Below are positions 21,308 through 24,694 of a stretch of 24,694 nt of DNA, piece after piece. The notes beneath the pieces are model-generated. The model did no database searches and was not told the origin of the DNA. It was given only the letters and a program-made list of their open reading frames with translations. This stretch comes from Octopus sinensis (lineage: Eukaryota), in assembly GCF_006345805.1 (NCBI RefSeq), contig NW_021836324.1, positions 1-24,694 on the forward strand, in the 5' to 3' direction. How positions within the stretch are numbered: position 1 is the stretch's first letter; every line of letters starts with the position of its first letter. Both the position numbers and the translations under genes were made by a program.

Positions 21308-22839
21308 TTATTATCTGTTCACTTTTGAAAACATTTTCCACTTCTCAATACGATTCTCAAAATACCAGAAAGAAGCGCCTCTTACTGGTGAAGTCCCGAT
21401 CATAAACATAAGAGAGTTTTTGAAATATCATGCCATCTTTTCACGGCGTATTCGTTGTGTAGAAATAAGGTTTGGTAGCTGAACATTCATATTACAGGAA
21501 AAGTCTGCACGAATTTACCAATTCAGATTTTTTGTTCAAAGTTGAAAAATGCTGTATCAAAATGTTAAATTTTTTAGACAGAGGCAACGAAAGAGAAAGA
21601 GAGAGAAAGATAAGAGAGAAAAGAGAGAGATCGCACTTTCTAGAAACATAAATCAAGGAAAACAAACGTTTGTTCTAAAACGAATCGGTTGATTTTATCC
21701 TTTAATAGCAAACTAGTAGGACGTCTTTCTAGGTTTCTGAATTTATAAATATGCTACGATAGCCTATCTTTAAAGGTTTTTCAGAGAGCCTTATATACCA
21801 TTTTATTTCACTGTCATCAGCAAGGAAGTATTTCACCCAATAAACTATTGCTTTAGAAAGAGATATACTGTTAAAATACTGATATTAGCGTTATCCCTGT
21901 TACATGATAGGAAAGCTTTTGAATATTCGCACTGGAAATATTTCTTATGTTAACGCTGCCTGCCGATAAAATCAGTGAAATCTATTGTACGATTGTATTT
22001 CCCTTTAATGGTATTTTTATTTACGATCTTATATCTCTCAATGAAGAAATGCTTATTTAGAAGGTTTAGAGAAATCCTGGAGGCATTAAAATAAGCATTT
22101 ACACAATGTGGAGATTGTTCGATATGATCTTTCGTTCTCTATTTTTGCGTTTATGAATATTAGCGTTGTTCTGTGATGTATTCTATCTTCAATGTGCCGT
22201 TGTATTAACGAGCGGTGCCATTAAAGAATTCCTCATCAAAGGATTTGCTGGATATGAGCCTACTGATGTTACAAAGACTTTTAAGAGACATTGTGGAAAG
22301 GTTAGTATTAATATGAATGTATAGAAAAGTTTCGTTGTTTGCTATAAGGGGCAGGATTTAGCAGTACCTAAACGCGAAGTCACATCTAAGAAATTAACTA
22401 CGCTTAGATTCGTGTTCGCTGTATTCTTTCAGTCGAATTCGTTAAACATATTCGCAAATTCGATCCTAATAGCATCCGTTGTATGGCCATTTACCCCACA
22501 TAGAATGAACAGACTTTTATTAGAGAAAAGTAAAACTAAACTGTATGGAGTGTTATCCCCCAGAATAAACCTCAAAATATACAATTTATTCACAAAGCTA
22601 ATATTCATTGGGGAATCCCAATGTTACATCAGACAATACAAGGTCATTGCTATTAAGCCAAGAAGTATTATTGTGGAATAGAAAAGGTTTCCTTGTATGC
22701 TACGTAATAATATCCATATATCAATGTCAGAGTGTTAATTAGAATAAAACCATTACCGAATTCTAAAGCTTTTACAGAAACGGAGAGAAAAAGAAGACAA
22801 TAAAAAGTGGATGTTTCATAGTCACATGATCGGGAATGC

Positions 22840-22975
22840 ACACACACACAGACACACACACACACACATAAACACACACATATACACACACATACACACA
22901 CACATACATATACACATACACACACATATACACACACACACACACATACGCACACGCGCGTGCACATACATATAT
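22840..22975. repeat. (CA)n/(CATA)n microsatellite
   Basis: Direct reading. Confidence 0.9.
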
Positions 22976-23280
22976 ATTCTTTTATTCTTTTATTCTTTTA
23001 CTTGTTTCAGTCGCTTAACTGCGGCCATGCTGGAGCATCGCCTTAATGGGTTTTAGGCGCAGAAATCGACCCCAGGACTTATTCTTTGTAAGCCTAGTTC
23101 TTATTTTATCGGTCTCTTTTGCCGACCCGTTAAGTTACGGGGACAAACACACATGCAGACACACACACACATACACAATCGGCGGGCTTCTTTCAGTTTC
23201 CGTCAGCCAAATCTACTCACAAAGTACTACACAGTGGAACTAAACCCGTAAACATGTGGTTGGGAAGCAAACTGCGCCTA
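22976..23280 (-). mobile_element. Type A SINE with several internal deletions
   Basis: Tail, 3' body and B-box region are present, but the CORE-like block (GGCTATAG...CACTTGCCCAAG), a body block and most of the A box are missing relative to 19456-19880. Confidence 0.8.
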
Positions 23281-23517
23281 TTGTGTGTGTGTGTGTGTGT
23301 GTGTGTGTATCTTAGGGCTTAGAAGTTAGATATTTAGATATTTAGGCCGGTCCAATAACCTGTTACACCGAAGACTTAATTCTATGGCAATTAACAGACT
23401 GAGCAACATAGGCACACTTATCATAAATAACGACAAGTAGAAAACCATAATCTTGAAGATATCGCGTTTTGGTTCATGGCAGAATCCTAAGATAAGAGAA
23501 TTGGGATTAGGTATTTT

Positions 23518-23788
23518 GTGAGGGATCACCGTGTATAGGCTCTTAATGTCGAGAGTGAAGATAAGTTTAGAGGGTCCAGGAGGGAAGGAGAAAGAGTTGA
23601 ACAAATGAAGGACATGGTTGGTGTCATGGATGTGAGAGGAGAGGGAAGCCACTAGGGGCAAAGAAACGGTCAAGACATCTGGAGATGAGTTCGGTGGGGC
23701 AGTTGCAGGCGGAGACAATGGGGCGGCTAGGCTTGTGGATTTGGGGAGGAAGTAAATTGTGGGGGTGCGAGGGGTGCGGACAATGAGG
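23518..23788 (-). mobile_element. Penelope-like element (PLE) reverse-transcriptase fragment
   Basis: Minus strand, with two small frameshifts: LIVRTPRTPTIYFLPK(I)HKPSRPIVSACNCPTELISRCLDRFFAP/LVASLSSHIHDTNHVLHLFNSFSFPPGPSKLIFTLDIKSLYTVIPH. This contains the PLE RT motifs LPKIHK, RPIVS and D..SLYT.IPH. Confidence 0.88.
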
Positions 23789-23914
23789 ACAACATAGGCA
23801 CATTTACCATAAATAACGGCGAGTAGAAAACCATAATCTTGAAGACATCGCGCTTTGGTTCATTGCAGAATCCTAAGATAAAAGAATTGAGATTAGGTAT
23901 TTTGTGAGGGATCA

Positions 23915-24167
23915 AGAAGGAGCACTCCGTCGGTTACGACGACGAGGGTCCCAGCTGATACGATCAACGGAACAGCTTGCTCGTGGAATTAACGTGCAAG
24001 TGACTGAGCAATCCACAGACACGAGTACCCTTAACGTAGTTCTCAGGGAGATTCAGTGTGACACAGAGTGTGACAAGGCCGGCCCTTTGAAATACAGGTA
24101 CAACTCATTTTTGCCAGCTGAGTGGACTGGAGCAACGTGAAATAAAGTGTCTTGCTCAAGGACACAA
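23915..24167 (-). mobile_element. 5'-truncated SINE (type B core, different 3' body) inserted into the duplicated PLE fragment
   Basis: Starts at TTGTGTCCTTGAGCAAGACAC...CCAGTCCACTCAGCTGGCAAAAATGAGT. It splits the sequence GATCA^CCGTG, which is contiguous in copy 1 (23524-23533). No clear TSD. Confidence 0.8.
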
Positions 24168-24255
24168 CCGTGTATAGGCTCTTGATGTCGAGAGTGAAGA
24201 GAAGTTTAGAGGGTCCACATACTCGAAATTAACGTTACTGTGTGCATACACACAC

Positions 24256-24287
<32 letters not shown>

Positions 24288-24694
24288 AAGAGAGTGTATA
24301 TAGTTTGTGTGTGTGTGGATGCGTGTGTATTTGCATATATGTGCATGCGATTTCTTATTTATTTATTACAGTTATTTTCATTTTGTTTTCGTCCTTGTCT
24401 GTTTTTATTTTTGCCTGATATTTTGTTGTTGTTTTCTTTATTATTATTCTTGCCCATTTTGACAATCTAGTCAAACACAAACACAAACAACAAAGTTGAC
24501 AAAAATACCGATGCACAAATATATTTTTTTTCTTGACGCATCATTTTCAGGGGAAAAACAAACAAACAAAACATTCGAAGACAACAAATATTTCATCCAA
24601 GAGAAAAACAAACTGCAGAGAATGTGAAATGTAAACAGTTTCAGTGACAATATTATCTGGAGTAGAGAGAAAAGAAAAAGACTGTACTGAAACT

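Larger units (their letters stand above)
23404..24217. repeat. Tandem duplication, 386-bp period; the second copy is interrupted by a SINE and truncated
   Basis: 23404-23528 matches 23790-23914 (CAACATAGGCAC...GTGAGGGATCA). The continuation CCGTGTATAGGCTCTT..GAGGGTCCA (from 23529) reappears at 24168-24217. Confidence 0.9.

Noticed and set aside
17720-21820. CTGATGA hammerhead-core-like hits on the minus strand (near 17720, 20722 and 21813)
   Set aside because: None has a stem II followed by GAAA plus stems I and III; the hit near 21813 has only 4 nt between CUGAUGA and GAAA.
21400-22500. Weak peptide resemblance between EFLKYHAIFSRRIRCVEI (about 21415) and EFVKHIRKFDPNSIRCMAI (about 22435)
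   Set aside because: Short and gapped, with little DNA-level similarity and incompatible splice phases; likely chance.
23404-23914. Two 125-bp direct repeats that could be read as LTRs or CRISPR-like repeats
   Set aside because: No TG..CA ends, PBS or PPT; the repeat continues past the SINE at 24168-24217, so it is a tandem duplication. Only two units, in eukaryotic DNA.
1-24470. Dozens of long ORFs rich in YI, CV, HT or SL repeats in the supplied track
   Set aside because: They are translations of (TA)n, (TG)n, (CA)n and (CT)n microsatellites with no coding signature. Only the 3' end of 967..1959 overlaps a real exon (A).

Overview
AT-rich, microsatellite-dense eukaryotic genomic DNA. The repeat families suggest an octopus or other coleoid cephalopod, which is an inference and not a database match. 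Bases 1777-10375 (+) hold the last ten coding exons of a Dbl-family (DH-PH) Rho guanine-nucleotide exchange factor. I assembled these by hand with canonical GT-AG junctions into one open 417-aa C-terminal fragment, probably orthologous to protostome-specific PsGEF; the 5' part lies upstream of the window. The rest is intronic or intergenic and crowded with decayed mobile elements: two different mariner remnants, a piggyBac-like MITE, RTE-, CR1- and Penelope-type retroelement fragments, and three tRNA-derived SINE types. Most ORFs in the supplied track are translations of (TA)n/(CA)n repeats. The most interesting observations are (1) the GEF ends in [10 protein letters not shown], a PKA-inhibitor (PKI)-like pseudosubstrate motif, with two PKA consensus sites in the DH-PH linker, suggesting a PKA-coupled RhoGEF; (2) a ~450-bp near-perfect palindrome centred on a (TA)n tract, 50 nt downstream of a splice donor; (3) a tandemly duplicated Penelope RT fragment with a nested SINE. 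No CRISPR array, rRNA or true tRNA gene was seen.
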